DNA of 64,000 bases from a virus. This document shows positions 43,165-51,892 of this stretch, one piece after another. Numbering within the stretch: position 1 is the stretch's first letter; every line of letters begins with the position of its first letter. The notes under the pieces are model-generated. The model ran no database searches and had not been told where the DNA came from. It saw only the letters and a list, made by a program, of their open reading frames with translations. The stretch lies in IMG/VR virus record IMGVR_UViG_3300043811_000226; one strand, 5' to 3'. A program made the position numbers and the translations under genes.

Positions 43165-43487
43165 ACATCTCTCCGAAGAACGCGCTCGAACAGGTGGTAC
43201 AAGAGGTCTATACCGCCGTTCTCGCTGCGCTTGATGAACGTGCCGAGGTGCTTGAGTTCCGTGACTGTGTCCTCTGGCAGGCTAGGGATCTCGTCACCGG
43301 TCAGGCGCACCTCGAAGTCACGCCGCTGCTGTGGCATGCCCGTGTCGACGAGCGCCCACAGGCAAGGGCGCACGCTCATGCCATTCGACGCGAAGTCTGC
43401 GTGAAGGACCTTCGCATCCATAGGCAGGTCGAGATGGAAGAAGCCGTCTTCATCCGTCTTGATGGGGTACTTGTGAACCGTGCGCAT
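43161..43487 (-). CDS. conserved-type small phage protein
   Basis: TVHKYPI...LWALVD...TG...HLGTF pattern. Confidence 0.65.
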   Translation of the reverse strand: MRTVHKYPIKTDEDGFFHLDLPMDAKVLHADFASNGMSVRPCLWALVDTGMPQQRRDFEVRLTGDEIPSLPEDTVTELKHLGTFIKRSENGGIDLLYHLFERVLRRDV

Positions 43488-43496
43488 GCTGTTCTC

Positions 43497-44009
43497 CTAG
43501 TCGCAGTCCGGACAAGGCGGCTCTTGGCCTGCCAGCGAGATCTCGTTCAGCTTGCGCTGCTCATCGAGGATGGCTCGGCGCTCATCGTCTAGCTTCTGTT
43601 CATCGACCTCGATGTACTCGAGCCAGAGCTTGTCGAAGTTCTTGGTAGCCAGCACCAGCTCTTCGCCGATGTACGGACTGTTCGCGCAAGGTTCTGCGAC
43701 GACGTACTTCTTCTCTTCGAGCCACTCCATGAACGCACCAACGACGAGCTTGTCCTTGTGTGACGCGCGTAGCTTCTCGCAGTTGGGGACCTCGAGGGTC
43801 TTCGATGTCTTCTTTTCTGCCATGACCTTCCTCATTGGGCAGGCTGTATGCTGCCTCGTCCAGGTCTTGCCTCCATCGGCAGACCACTCCACGAAAGAAG
43901 TGGGCCTGCCGTTGGGATGTCGAATGGGGCGGCGCTTCATACCGCAGCGCTGACAGGTATCCCCATTGGCGCCGTAGCCGTACCAGTGGTCAGGTTGTGC
44001 CTTGGGCAT
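43497..44009 (-). CDS. hypothetical protein (possible internal start at MAEKK)
   Basis: HWYGYGANGDTCQRCG N-domain; GAGGAAGG before the internal ATG. Confidence 0.55.
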   Translation of the reverse strand: MPKAQPDHWYGYGANGDTCQRCGMKRRPIRHPNGRPTSFVEWSADGGKTWTRQHTACPMRKVMAEKKTSKTLEVPNCEKLRASHKDKLVVGAFMEWLEEKKYVVAEPCANSPYIGEELVLATKNFDKLWLEYIEVDEQKLDDERRAILDEQRKLNEISLAGQEPPCPDCD

Positions 44010-44154
44010 CGGGCGTCCCCTTGCAGTCGTCTGTATCGGGCGGCTTCGCATTGTGCCCGACGGTGTGCTCCTTCAAGCACTTGGTGCACTTGTAGACGTC
44101 CTTCTCCGAGAAGGAGTCCTTGATCCAGTCAAGCTGAAACCAATTGTGCTTCAC
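43990..44154 (-). CDS. small CxxC protein
   Basis: GTGA coupling; KHNWFQL...KCTKC. Confidence 0.55.
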   Translation of the reverse strand: MKHNWFQLDWIKDSFSEKDVYKCTKCLKEHTVGHNAKPPDTDDCKGTPDAQGTT

Positions 44155-44867
44155 GAGCTGACCCGGCCCTCTAGCACCATCTTCTCGAGCGGCGTGAGGT
44201 CCCACTGCGCGAGCACGGTATAGATCAGCCCCGAGACGTGCTTGAGAAGAAGCGGGTCGGGCGGCGCCATGTGCTCCCACTTCGCTTCCCAGAGGATGTG
44301 GTAGCCAGAAAGCTCGCCCTTCGGACGAAGCATCACCGGGATGGCCGGTACGAGCGCCTTGAATTTCTCCTGGCTCAGACGAGGCAGGTTGTTCTGCTCG
44401 CGCCAGTGCTCGTTGGTGAGCTCGGGCGGGAACATGGCGTCGGGGATGCCGATGGCACCGTTCTTGAACCGACCCTTGTTGTGATCGTAGGGCACCCAGC
44501 GGTCTTTGTAAAAGACGATGTGGTTGCGATCTCGCGACACGATGACGTTCGGCCAGTCGGCCTGCGCTACCGCCAGAAGAGGCAGGCGCTTGCCTTCGCG
44601 CGCGATGCCGGCTTCGCGCATCACCTGCCCTAGGTTCAGAATGCGCTGACCATTGGCCATCACGCGGTACGACTCCATGAGGACCTCGTCCTCCTTCTCG
44701 ATGGTCGACTTGAACGAGCGCGCTGAGCGCAGGCTGCGTCCTGCAGCGAGCACCTTCTCTCGCGCCTCCTTCATGCGCGCCTCGCGATGCTCACGTACCT
44801 TCTTCCGGTAGTCCTTGTAGTGGATGGCGGCGATGCGCGGATCCATCTGGTGCGTGGTGATATTCAT
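44151..44867 (-). CDS. hypothetical phage protein
   Basis: SD GGAG before ATG 44867; YHILWEAKW...DPLLL...LAQWDLTPLE. Confidence 0.65.
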   Translation of the reverse strand: MNITTHQMDPRIAAIHYKDYRKKVREHREARMKEAREKVLAAGRSLRSARSFKSTIEKEDEVLMESYRVMANGQRILNLGQVMREAGIAREGKRLPLLAVAQADWPNVIVSRDRNHIVFYKDRWVPYDHNKGRFKNGAIGIPDAMFPPELTNEHWREQNNLPRLSQEKFKALVPAIPVMLRPKGELSGYHILWEAKWEHMAPPDPLLLKHVSGLIYTVLAQWDLTPLEKMVLEGRVSS

Positions 44868-44877
44868 AGGCGTTCTC

Positions 44878-45312
44878 CTAGTCCTTGTACTGACGGTGTT
44901 TGATGCCCACGGTGTCGAAGAGCTCGAGACCACGACGGATGCGGTAGTCATTGAGGTAGAGCACTTCGCGAACGTTGCCGAGGTTGATGAGAAGCTTGGC
45001 GCAGTTCACACACGGAAGGTGCGTGCAGAAGACGATCTTCTCGGTGGCCCTGGGTGCGTCGCAGTTGACGACGGCGTTGGCCTCCGCATGGATGCAGCCG
45101 CACAGGCCCGGCGTGTCGGAGTCGCACTCGTTGGGTAGCCCCGCGGCGTTGCCGTTGTAGCCCCAGCTCAGAATCTTCCTGAAGTCGGGGGTGGCGACGA
45201 CGCACCCGACCTGCACCAGCTTGCCCTCAGAACTGGTACGACGACAAGTAGATCGCCGGCTGAGACTCTCGGCGATGCCCATGCAGATGCTCTCGAACGA
45301 CGGTCGGATCAT
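44878..45312 (-). CDS. dCMP deaminase
   Basis: STC..., VGCVV, GYNG, IHAEANA, THLPCVNCAK Zn-deaminase motifs. Confidence 0.92.
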   Translation of the reverse strand: MIRPSFESICMGIAESLSRRSTCRRTSSEGKLVQVGCVVATPDFRKILSWGYNGNAAGLPNECDSDTPGLCGCIHAEANAVVNCDAPRATEKIVFCTHLPCVNCAKLLINLGNVREVLYLNDYRIRRGLELFDTVGIKHRQYKD

Positions 45313-45620
45313 TGGCTCTTCTCCAGGGTTTCCTTGTGCCACGTCTTGAAGCGCGCGAGCTTCACGTCGAACTGCAGCTTGAAGGCGACAAGGTCGCCGG
45401 CCGTGAAGTTCTCGGTCTTGAAGAACTCGATGGCCGCAGACAGATCCGCGAGCTCGCTGACTAGGCGCTCGCGCAGGTTGGTCCCATCCCAGTGGTCCTC
45501 CTTGCCAGCGTTGCCCATCAACTTGCCGCTTACCTGGGACACCTCCCCTTGTTCTTCGAGTAGCTTGCCGAGGCCGGGCCACACGCGGCTCCCGAGCATG
45601 AAGTCTCCATTGCCTTCCAT
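45309..45620 (-). CDS. MazG-like nucleotide pyrophosphohydrolase
   Basis: KLLEEQGEV...LVSELADL (EExxE...ExxD). Confidence 0.7.
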   Translation of the reverse strand: MEGNGDFMLGSRVWPGLGKLLEEQGEVSQVSGKLMGNAGKEDHWDGTNLRERLVSELADLSAAIEFFKTENFTAGDLVAFKLQFDVKLARFKTWHKETLEKSQ

Positions 45621-45925
45621 CAGATGACTCCTCTCACAGTTAGTACTTGCCGGATGCAGTCGCGCGCGTAGTCGCACGCCCTGCGTTGCACGCGCCACGA
45701 CAGCGGAGTGCTGCCGTAGGACGCCCCGAAGACTTCTTGCCGCGTGAAGACGCGGTCATGGTGGTGAGGCTCCCCTTTGTCCTCCCACTTCACACGCAGC
45801 ACGAACTCGCCGTTCGGGCGGGCCACGAACTCGACACCGGTCGCCCCCGTCGACCTCCGAATCGGATCGAACCAGCGCTCCAGCTGCTGACGAAGACCCT
45901 GGAGAAGAGCGTCACCTCGGTCCAT
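45620..45925 (-). CDS. hypothetical protein
   Basis: ATG 45925 after GGGGGAG; TGATG coupling. Confidence 0.6.
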   Translation of the reverse strand: MDRGDALLQGLRQQLERWFDPIRRSTGATGVEFVARPNGEFVLRVKWEDKGEPHHHDRVFTRQEVFGASYGSTPLSWRVQRRACDYARDCIRQVLTVRGVI

Positions 45926-45937
45926 ACTGGCTCCCCC

Positions 45938-46390
45938 GTGGCTGGCGAAGCATACTTCACGTCCGAGCGTTTCATTCACGACGACCTGGCATACAAGGTC
46001 GAGAAGATGGTCATCCTCGCGAGAGGCAAGTACAAGAGGACCGGCAAGTTCGAAAGCTACGCCATCGCCTGGCCCAGCGAGACCATTACAGGCGACGACG
46101 GCAAGGCCATCGCAGGCTCCGTGCTGATGCGCCTGCAGGACGACACACCGCCGCAAGAAGTGATGCAGTCACTCAAGAAGATGGTCGTGCGCACCAAGGC
46201 CTACGGCCTGGCGCTGTTCGAGAAGAAGGTCGACGCGCTGCGCATACTCTTCGAGACGCACCATGGCGCTCGAGCGTGGATCGTACCGCTCGAGCGCCAT
46301 GGAGACCGTCTAGTACCAGGCAAGTACACCATCCGAGACAACGCCGAGTGCCTGGGCCTTCTCTGGCAACCCAGGCGCGGTACCGCCTAG
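45938..46390 (+). CDS. hypothetical protein (start uncertain)
   Basis: strong GC3 bias in this frame from about 45938. Confidence 0.55.
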   Translation: MAGEAYFTSERFIHDDLAYKVEKMVILARGKYKRTGKFESYAIAWPSETITGDDGKAIAGSVLMRLQDDTPPQEVMQSLKKMVVRTKAYGLALFEKKVDALRILFETHHGARAWIVPLERHGDRLVPGKYTIRDNAECLGLLWQPRRGTA

Positions 46391-47214
46391 GACGCCGCCT
46401 GCTTGTCGAGGGCCTGCGCTGCGGGAGGGATGGGGAACTTCGCTGCCTCGGCGGCCCTCTTCAGCCGTTCGTGCTGCGCCTGAGCCACCGGGTCGAGGGT
46501 AGCAGAAGGAGGGGCCTCCGGCTGACGCTCAGCCTGGGGCGGGACCACGATGCGTGCCGCACCCGGCTGCGCGACGACTTCGTCGCCCTGGATCGCCGAG
46601 CTCGCGTCATCGTCACTCGGAGGCGTCGGGATGCGCTCGGGCAGCGTGAGACCTTCACGCGCTGCCGCCACGAGACGTCGCGCAGACTCCCGCGCGTTCT
46701 CGGAGTACTCGGCCGTCGCGATGTCGTAGGCACGCTGCTCGAGCGGGTTGAGCTCGCCCGTGTTGCGGTACGCAGCGATGACCGTAGAGGCGGCGTGCTG
46801 ACGCACCGTCGTGGGGTCGTCCCCGTTACCGAGGCGAGGCGGGGTGGGGAAGAGGTCCTGCTGCGAAGACGACGCCTTGACGCCCGTAACGGGAGTGCGC
46901 TTCGGAGCTGCCTCGGTTGCAGGCGCCCGACCGCGCCGACCCGCTGTCTTCTTGGCGGTCTTCTTCACCGCCGGCGCAGCTGCTGCAGCAGCCGCCTTCT
47001 TCGCCTTTTTGGGCTGAGGTCGCGGAGTGACCTCCTTCTTGGTGGCGTTCTTGCCATCGGCGAAGTACTTGTCGGCGAAGTCGTGTGCGCGCTTCTTGTC
47101 CTTCTCGTTCCAGGTCGCCTTGCCGATGGCTCTTCGCGCACCCGTGAGACCGGCATACTTGCCGTTCTGGGCGTTCTCGATGAAGCTGTCGACGGTGAGT
47201 TTCTCGTAGTTCAT
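46387..47214 (-). CDS. protein with Lys/Ala-rich histone-H1-like segment
   Basis: PKKAKKAAAAAAAPAVKKTAKKTAGRRGR. Confidence 0.65.
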   Translation of the reverse strand: MNYEKLTVDSFIENAQNGKYAGLTGARRAIGKATWNEKDKKRAHDFADKYFADGKNATKKEVTPRPQPKKAKKAAAAAAAPAVKKTAKKTAGRRGRAPATEAAPKRTPVTGVKASSSQQDLFPTPPRLGNGDDPTTVRQHAASTVIAAYRNTGELNPLEQRAYDIATAEYSENARESARRLVAAAREGLTLPERIPTPPSDDDASSAIQGDEVVAQPGAARIVVPPQAERQPEAPPSATLDPVAQAQHERLKRAAEAAKFPIPPAAQALDKQAAS

Positions 47215-47332
47215 CTGCAGTCTCCTCTTTTGTTTCGCTCGGGATGAGCGAACAAGCCGTCTCTCTAACGAGGGCGGCTGTGCACCACGGCACTGGGTGG
47301 AAGTGAAAGAACTACTCCCCCTACATCAGAAG

Positions 47333-47503
47333 TCAACCAGCTGGTGTCTTCTTCTTGTGCACTAGCACCAGAACAGAGGCACCCAGGCCCATGCACAAAA
47401 GCCCGACGCGTGCGCCCTTATTCCCTCCGAAGTCGTAGTGCATCTCCAGAAGAAGGCACACAATAGAAGCAGTCAGCATTCCCACAGCAGCAGCACGAAG
47501 CAT
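47333..47503 (-). CDS. small two-TM membrane protein
   Basis: SD AGGAGG; AVGMLTASIVCLLL and VGLLCMGLGASVLVLV; basic C-terminus. Confidence 0.55.
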   Translation of the reverse strand: MLRAAAVGMLTASIVCLLLEMHYDFGGNKGARVGLLCMGLGASVLVLVHKKKTPAG

Positions 47504-47649
47504 CGAGCGCCTCCTGGAGCACGTCGAGTGCTCCGTACATCTTCTTCCGCGTTCGGGGAAAAGAATGCTGAGGCGATCTGGCTTGCCACAACAGTAGGGG
47601 TCGACGCTACAATCCAACTGCTCGTACAACCCCTACTTCAAGGTGAGTC

Positions 47650-48645
47650 ATGCACACAGTCTTCGCTCCGCACCTCAAGTGCAACGTTGTCATCGGGGCC
47701 TGCAAGCTGCCCGATCCGCACGCAATGCGCTTCCACCTCGGCGACTACGTCGACGAAGCCACACTCCCGCCGTCTCCCGCCTCAGTGGACTACAGCGCCC
47801 CCGCCATGTCGGTCATCTCGAACATCGAAGGCAACGACTCGGTGGGTGACTGCGTTCTGGCAGAGGAGGCTCACTTCGTCGGTGTAATGACCGGCAACAC
47901 GGGCCGGCTGTTCTCGTACACACCGGCCCTGACCCTCGCCGCGTACTCGGCCATCACAGGGTACAACCCGAGCGACCCGAGTACCGACCAGGGAACCGAC
48001 CCGACGGTCGCGATGAACTACTTCGTCAAGAACGCCTACGCGGACGGTACCAAGCTCGCCGGCTGGGCCATGGTCGACGCTTCCAACAAGACGCTCGTGA
48101 CCTTCGCCATCAGCGCCCTTGGCAACTTGAAGCTCTGGGTCGGTCTGCCTGATGCGTGGATCAACCCCTTCCCCAGCAAGAACGGCTTCGTCTGGGACGT
48201 CGCTCCTCCCAACGCGAACAACGGTCACTGCATCGGCTCATGCGCCTACAACTCGACGCAGATCACCATCGTGGGCACCAACGCGCAGGGCGTGCAGGTC
48301 ATGACCTGGGGGCTCATCGGCACTATCACCTGGGCGGCCTTCGCAGCCCTCTTCGTGCAGAGCGCCGGCGGCGGCGCAGCCGTGCGAATCACCCCCGACT
48401 GGTTGGCCAAGGGTGCCACGAAGACGCCAAGCGGGTTCGCCTACGCGGACCTCATCTCGGATCTCAACCGGTTCTACGGAAGCAACATCCCGGTCCCCAC
48501 GCCTCCCCCGCAGCAGCTGCCGGCCACCCTCGCCAACGCGCAGATGGTGACGAACAACGCGCTCTCGCGCCAGCTCCCCTTCATCCAGAGGGGCAACGCG
48601 AAGACTCTCGTCGATGCGGCACTCGCCACGCTGGTCTGGCCGTGA
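47650..48645 (+). CDS. papain-like (C1-type) cysteine peptidase-like protein
   Basis: GNDSVGDCVLA (Cys), NNGHCIG (His), QVMTWG. Confidence 0.7.
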   Translation: MHTVFAPHLKCNVVIGACKLPDPHAMRFHLGDYVDEATLPPSPASVDYSAPAMSVISNIEGNDSVGDCVLAEEAHFVGVMTGNTGRLFSYTPALTLAAYSAITGYNPSDPSTDQGTDPTVAMNYFVKNAYADGTKLAGWAMVDASNKTLVTFAISALGNLKLWVGLPDAWINPFPSKNGFVWDVAPPNANNGHCIGSCAYNSTQITIVGTNAQGVQVMTWGLIGTITWAAFAALFVQSAGGGAAVRITPDWLAKGATKTPSGFAYADLISDLNRFYGSNIPVPTPPPQQLPATLANAQMVTNNALSRQLPFIQRGNAKTLVDAALATLVWP

Positions 48646-48890
48646 AGGCGCTGTACTTCCTGGCCGCTGTGTTCCTGACCGGTTGCTCCAAGCAGCCACC
48701 GGCAACCACTCCTGCGCAGCGCGCGTTCGACCTGTTCGTTGAGGCAGGCTGCACTGCCGCCGACGACAGTGGTGCCGGCGCGCAGGCGTTCCTCGAGGAG
48801 TCCATGTCCGACGCAGCTCCTCCCTTCTTCGCCTGTCTGCTCGAAGGAGGCACCATCACGTCCTGCAACGTCAACTGCGCAGGCCAGTAA
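48642..48890 (+). CDS. small lipoprotein
   Basis: GTGA coupling; lipobox VFLTGC; four further Cys. Confidence 0.7.
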   Translation: MKALYFLAAVFLTGCSKQPPATTPAQRAFDLFVEAGCTAADDSGAGAQAFLEESMSDAAPPFFACLLEGGTITSCNVNCAGQ

Positions 48891-48909
48891 CCAACCAAGA
48901 CACGACAAA

Positions 48910-48949
48910 GGCCGGGTCCTGCTGAAAGCGGGCCCCGGCCTTTCTCTTT
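48910..48949 (+). terminator. intrinsic terminator
   Basis: GGCCGGGTCCTGC-TGAAA-GCGGGCCCCGGCC then TTTCTCTTT. Confidence 0.75.
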
Positions 48950-48960
48950 GGAGGACTCCC

Positions 48961-49194
48961 ATGGCAAGACGAAACGTGTTCATCTGCGATGAGACGGGCT
49001 GCGGTGCGGTGCTGGTACACCCGGAGGACGGCTTCGTCTTCTACGGCGTCGTGCGCACCACGGACATCGACGGCTCCTCGACAACCCTCATCACGTTGCC
49101 TGAGATGACGTCGTCGACCGACCCACCCGAGACAGTTCTTTGCAAGGACTGTCTCGTCAAGCGACTGCGCCTCGACGGGGTGAAACCCAAGTGA
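48961..49194 (+). CDS. small Zn-ribbon protein
   Basis: SD GGAGG; CDETGC...LCKDC. Confidence 0.65.
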   Translation: MARRNVFICDETGCGAVLVHPEDGFVFYGVVRTTDIDGSSTTLITLPEMTSSTDPPETVLCKDCLVKRLRLDGVKPK

Positions 49195-50051
49195 ACTACG
49201 AGCGTGCGCTGGCGACGCTAAACCACGCGCGCACGGGCAAGAGGCTAGAGAGGAAGAAGCTCGAGAACGCCACCTGGGTCCAGCTGGTCAACGGCGAGCC
49301 TCCTTGCATCGATCTCACGCTCTTCCAGAAGCACATCCTCACCTGGTACCCGAACGGCGACATTGCCATCGACAACCACACCTACTGGGCCTACACAACC
49401 AAGGACCGGCTCAACAAGTACATGCCGTCTGGCTTCAGCGTCTGGCAGAACAAACCGTACTGGTACATCCGGACGCCGGCAGCGGTGCTTCCCTACTACA
49501 ACCGGATGCACCTGACCAGCAAAGGCCTGGACCTCGCCGTGCCGGACCAGGTGCACGACGTCGGCGTCATCGATATGAAGCGACGCGCGCACGAGTACGC
49601 GAAGGCCTACGCCGCACGCCTGGTCAACGGCAAGATCGCACGCGCGCCGGACTGCCTGGACTGCCGGCTCGATGATGGCTCACCGCTAACAATGGAGGAC
49701 CGTCTGCACGCACTGCGACACATGAACAGGTCGGAGTTTCCGAGCAACATTGCCATCAAGGCCATGATGGAAACGACCGTCGGAGACCGCCACCACTTCC
49801 ACAGAGGCAACGCGGTGTCTTCTTCCTTCCTGAGGGACATGCTCCATAAGTCTTGGGAGGAGGCGCAGGTCTTCTGGAGGAAGCCCCGAACGAAGAAGGA
49901 GCTCATCCGCCAAACCGAGAAGAAGATGACGTCGGACCTGGACTTCTCGTTCCCTCCGAACGCGCCGAGCGAGTACAGAACCAACTTCCGAACGATGGTC
50001 GAAGACTACTTCCTCGAGTACATCATCGGCTTTGAAAGAATGTCGGATTGA
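49191..50051 (+). CDS. hypothetical phage protein
   Basis: GTGA coupling; TTKDRLNKYMP; GC3 bias. Confidence 0.65.
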   Translation: MNYERALATLNHARTGKRLERKKLENATWVQLVNGEPPCIDLTLFQKHILTWYPNGDIAIDNHTYWAYTTKDRLNKYMPSGFSVWQNKPYWYIRTPAAVLPYYNRMHLTSKGLDLAVPDQVHDVGVIDMKRRAHEYAKAYAARLVNGKIARAPDCLDCRLDDGSPLTMEDRLHALRHMNRSEFPSNIAIKAMMETTVGDRHHFHRGNAVSSSFLRDMLHKSWEEAQVFWRKPRTKKELIRQTEKKMTSDLDFSFPPNAPSEYRTNFRTMVEDYFLEYIIGFERMSD

Positions 50052-50065
50052 GCTAGTAGTAAGCC

Positions 50066-50464
50066 ATGGGCACGAAGAAGAACAAGAACGCGCCTGTGAT
50101 GCGCCTGGTTGCTGACATCAACGGCGACGCCTGCATCCTCTTCCGTCTGCTCAGACCCCTCATCAACCAGGAGAGGGAGTTGCAGGGCAAGCCCCCGACC
50201 ACCCAGAGGGAGGTGGTCGGGGCGCTCATCACCGCGTATTGTCTTAGCCACCAGGACGACATCCTGGGCATGCTCGATGAAGAACACCGACCCGCCTTCG
50301 AAGCAGCCCTTCGACGCCACAACGTCCGCACCCAATTTCCGAGCCCCCATCGCGGTCCTGCCCGACCTGCCTCGGCTCAACTTCCCGTCGCTGGACCAAG
50401 TACTGGTGCACCCGTCGAGCCCGCACCCGCTGCTGCAGCTCAGCGAGACGCCGCCGCCGAGTAG
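50066..50464 (+). CDS. hypothetical protein (coding signal ends near 50338)
   Basis: strong GC3 bias to 50338, then out-of-frame-like tail. Confidence 0.55.
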   Translation: MGTKKNKNAPVMRLVADINGDACILFRLLRPLINQERELQGKPPTTQREVVGALITAYCLSHQDDILGMLDEEHRPAFEAALRRHNVRTQFPSPHRGPARPASAQLPVAGPSTGAPVEPAPAAAAQRDAAAE

Positions 50465-50810
50465 CGTCTCGCTCTTCCAAGGCCTGCTCGGAGGGCGCCT
50501 CGAGGTCCTGGTGCAGGACTCCATCGACCACCCAGAGCGCTACGACGAGCCGACGCGGCTGATGCTGCAGGAGCTCGCCGCGGGCGCGAGCAAGCTCGAG
50601 GAGCTGACCGCCGCCGAGCGGGGCATCCTAGACCGGGCGACGATGGACTTCGCCGCCTACAGGCCACCACAGGCGCCCAAGAACGCACCAAAGCCACAGC
50701 CCCCGATGAAGAAGCCGCGGCTGGTGGAAGCTGCCGACGCGCTCGAGGACGGTCGGGCCCCCCAAGTCGAGGAGCCCGGCGGAACGATGACGCCCTACTG
50801 GTGGTTGTGA
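50337..50810 (+). CDS. coding segment lacking an obvious start (possible +1 frameshift continuation)
   Basis: strong GC3 bias in the +1 frame from TTC 50337 to the stop. Confidence 0.5.
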   Translation, partial: FRAPIAVLPDLPRLNFPSLDQVLVHPSSPHPLLQLSETPPPSSVSLFQGLLGGRLEVLVQDSIDHPERYDEPTRLMLQELAAGASKLEELTAAERGILDRATMDFAAYRPPQAPKNAPKPQPPMKKPRLVEAADALEDGRAPQVEEPGGTMTPYWWL

Positions 50811-50811
50811 C

Positions 50812-51879
50812 TCAGGCGTCCTTCTGCTGCGACGCGTCGTACTCGTACTCGATGGCGTAGCGGTGGCCGGCGCCGTGGTAGGTGCCGGCGGTCAGACCGA
50901 GCGTGGTGTTCGCCGTGCTGGTGCCGTTGGCCGCGATGACAAGGGTCGCCGAGGTGTCCTGCAGAGAGGTGGTCAGCGTGAGGTCAGTGCCGGTCAGCGT
51001 GGCGACCAGGCCGGGCCAGGTCACCGCAATGAAGGCGAGCAGGCTCGACTCGGAGTCAGAGCCCGTGGCGCTCGTGCCGTCGAAGGTGACCGACGCATGG
51101 GTGCCGTTGACAGTCATGTCGAGCACCAGGCCCGTGCCACCGCCGGCGAGGGTCCCACCCGTGCCATAGAGGCCTGCGGCCGTGACGTCCGCCGAGCCCG
51201 TGGTCGTCGCCGGCGCCTGGGTGGTCGGTGCGGTGAAGGGTGTGTAGGCCCCGTTGGGCGCATTGGTCGTCGCTGCAACGAGAGAACCGGCCGTCGGTAC
51301 GGTGCCATCTGCAAGCTCTCGGCGAATGAGGCCAACGGCCTGGCCTGTGCGCAGCTTCTGCGGGAAGGCCAGGCCGATAACCACGCCGTTGAGCACCGAG
51401 AAAGTCGCGTCGACGCCACCGCCGTCAGCCGCAGGCGTCACCGTCAGAACTCGTGCAAAACACTTCACGCCAGCATGCGTGCCGGAGGCATTGGTGCCCG
51501 TGATGGTCTCGGAGATGGGGTTGCCGTTCACATCGATCCCAGTGACCACCACGCTATGGCTCATGTGCGTAGGGGTGCCGCTGCTCGCGACGACCACTTC
51601 GACGTTGCGCGGAGGGCTGAGAGCGATGCCGGCATTGCCGTTGACCTTGTACGTCACCGAGGACGTCAAAGTGCTGAGCGTTGCAGCCAGGAAGGTGATC
51701 GCACCAGCCGCCGGGGGATAGTCGTACTCCTCGACAGTCACCGCCACGAGAGGACTCATGGCCACGGCGACGTCCTTTCGCACGTCGGCTACTTCTCCGG
51801 CAATCCCGCCCGCATTGAGCAGGTGCTGCAGCCGTGCCAGCATCTTCGAGAACAGACCAGAACCGCTTGATCCAGACAT
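50812..51879 (-). CDS. virion structural protein with a module nearly identical to a sheath repeat
   Basis: DVTAAGLYGTGGTLAGGGTGL vs sheath DVTASGLYGAGGTLAGGGTGL; ATG 51879 after AAGGAG. Confidence 0.65.
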   Translation of the reverse strand: MSGSSGSGLFSKMLARLQHLLNAGGIAGEVADVRKDVAVAMSPLVAVTVEEYDYPPAAGAITFLAATLSTLTSSVTYKVNGNAGIALSPPRNVEVVVASSGTPTHMSHSVVVTGIDVNGNPISETITGTNASGTHAGVKCFARVLTVTPAADGGGVDATFSVLNGVVIGLAFPQKLRTGQAVGLIRRELADGTVPTAGSLVAATTNAPNGAYTPFTAPTTQAPATTTGSADVTAAGLYGTGGTLAGGGTGLVLDMTVNGTHASVTFDGTSATGSDSESSLLAFIAVTWPGLVATLTGTDLTLTTSLQDTSATLVIAANGTSTANTTLGLTAGTYHGAGHRYAIEYEYDASQQKDA

Positions 51880-51892
51880 GGGGTGACTCTCC

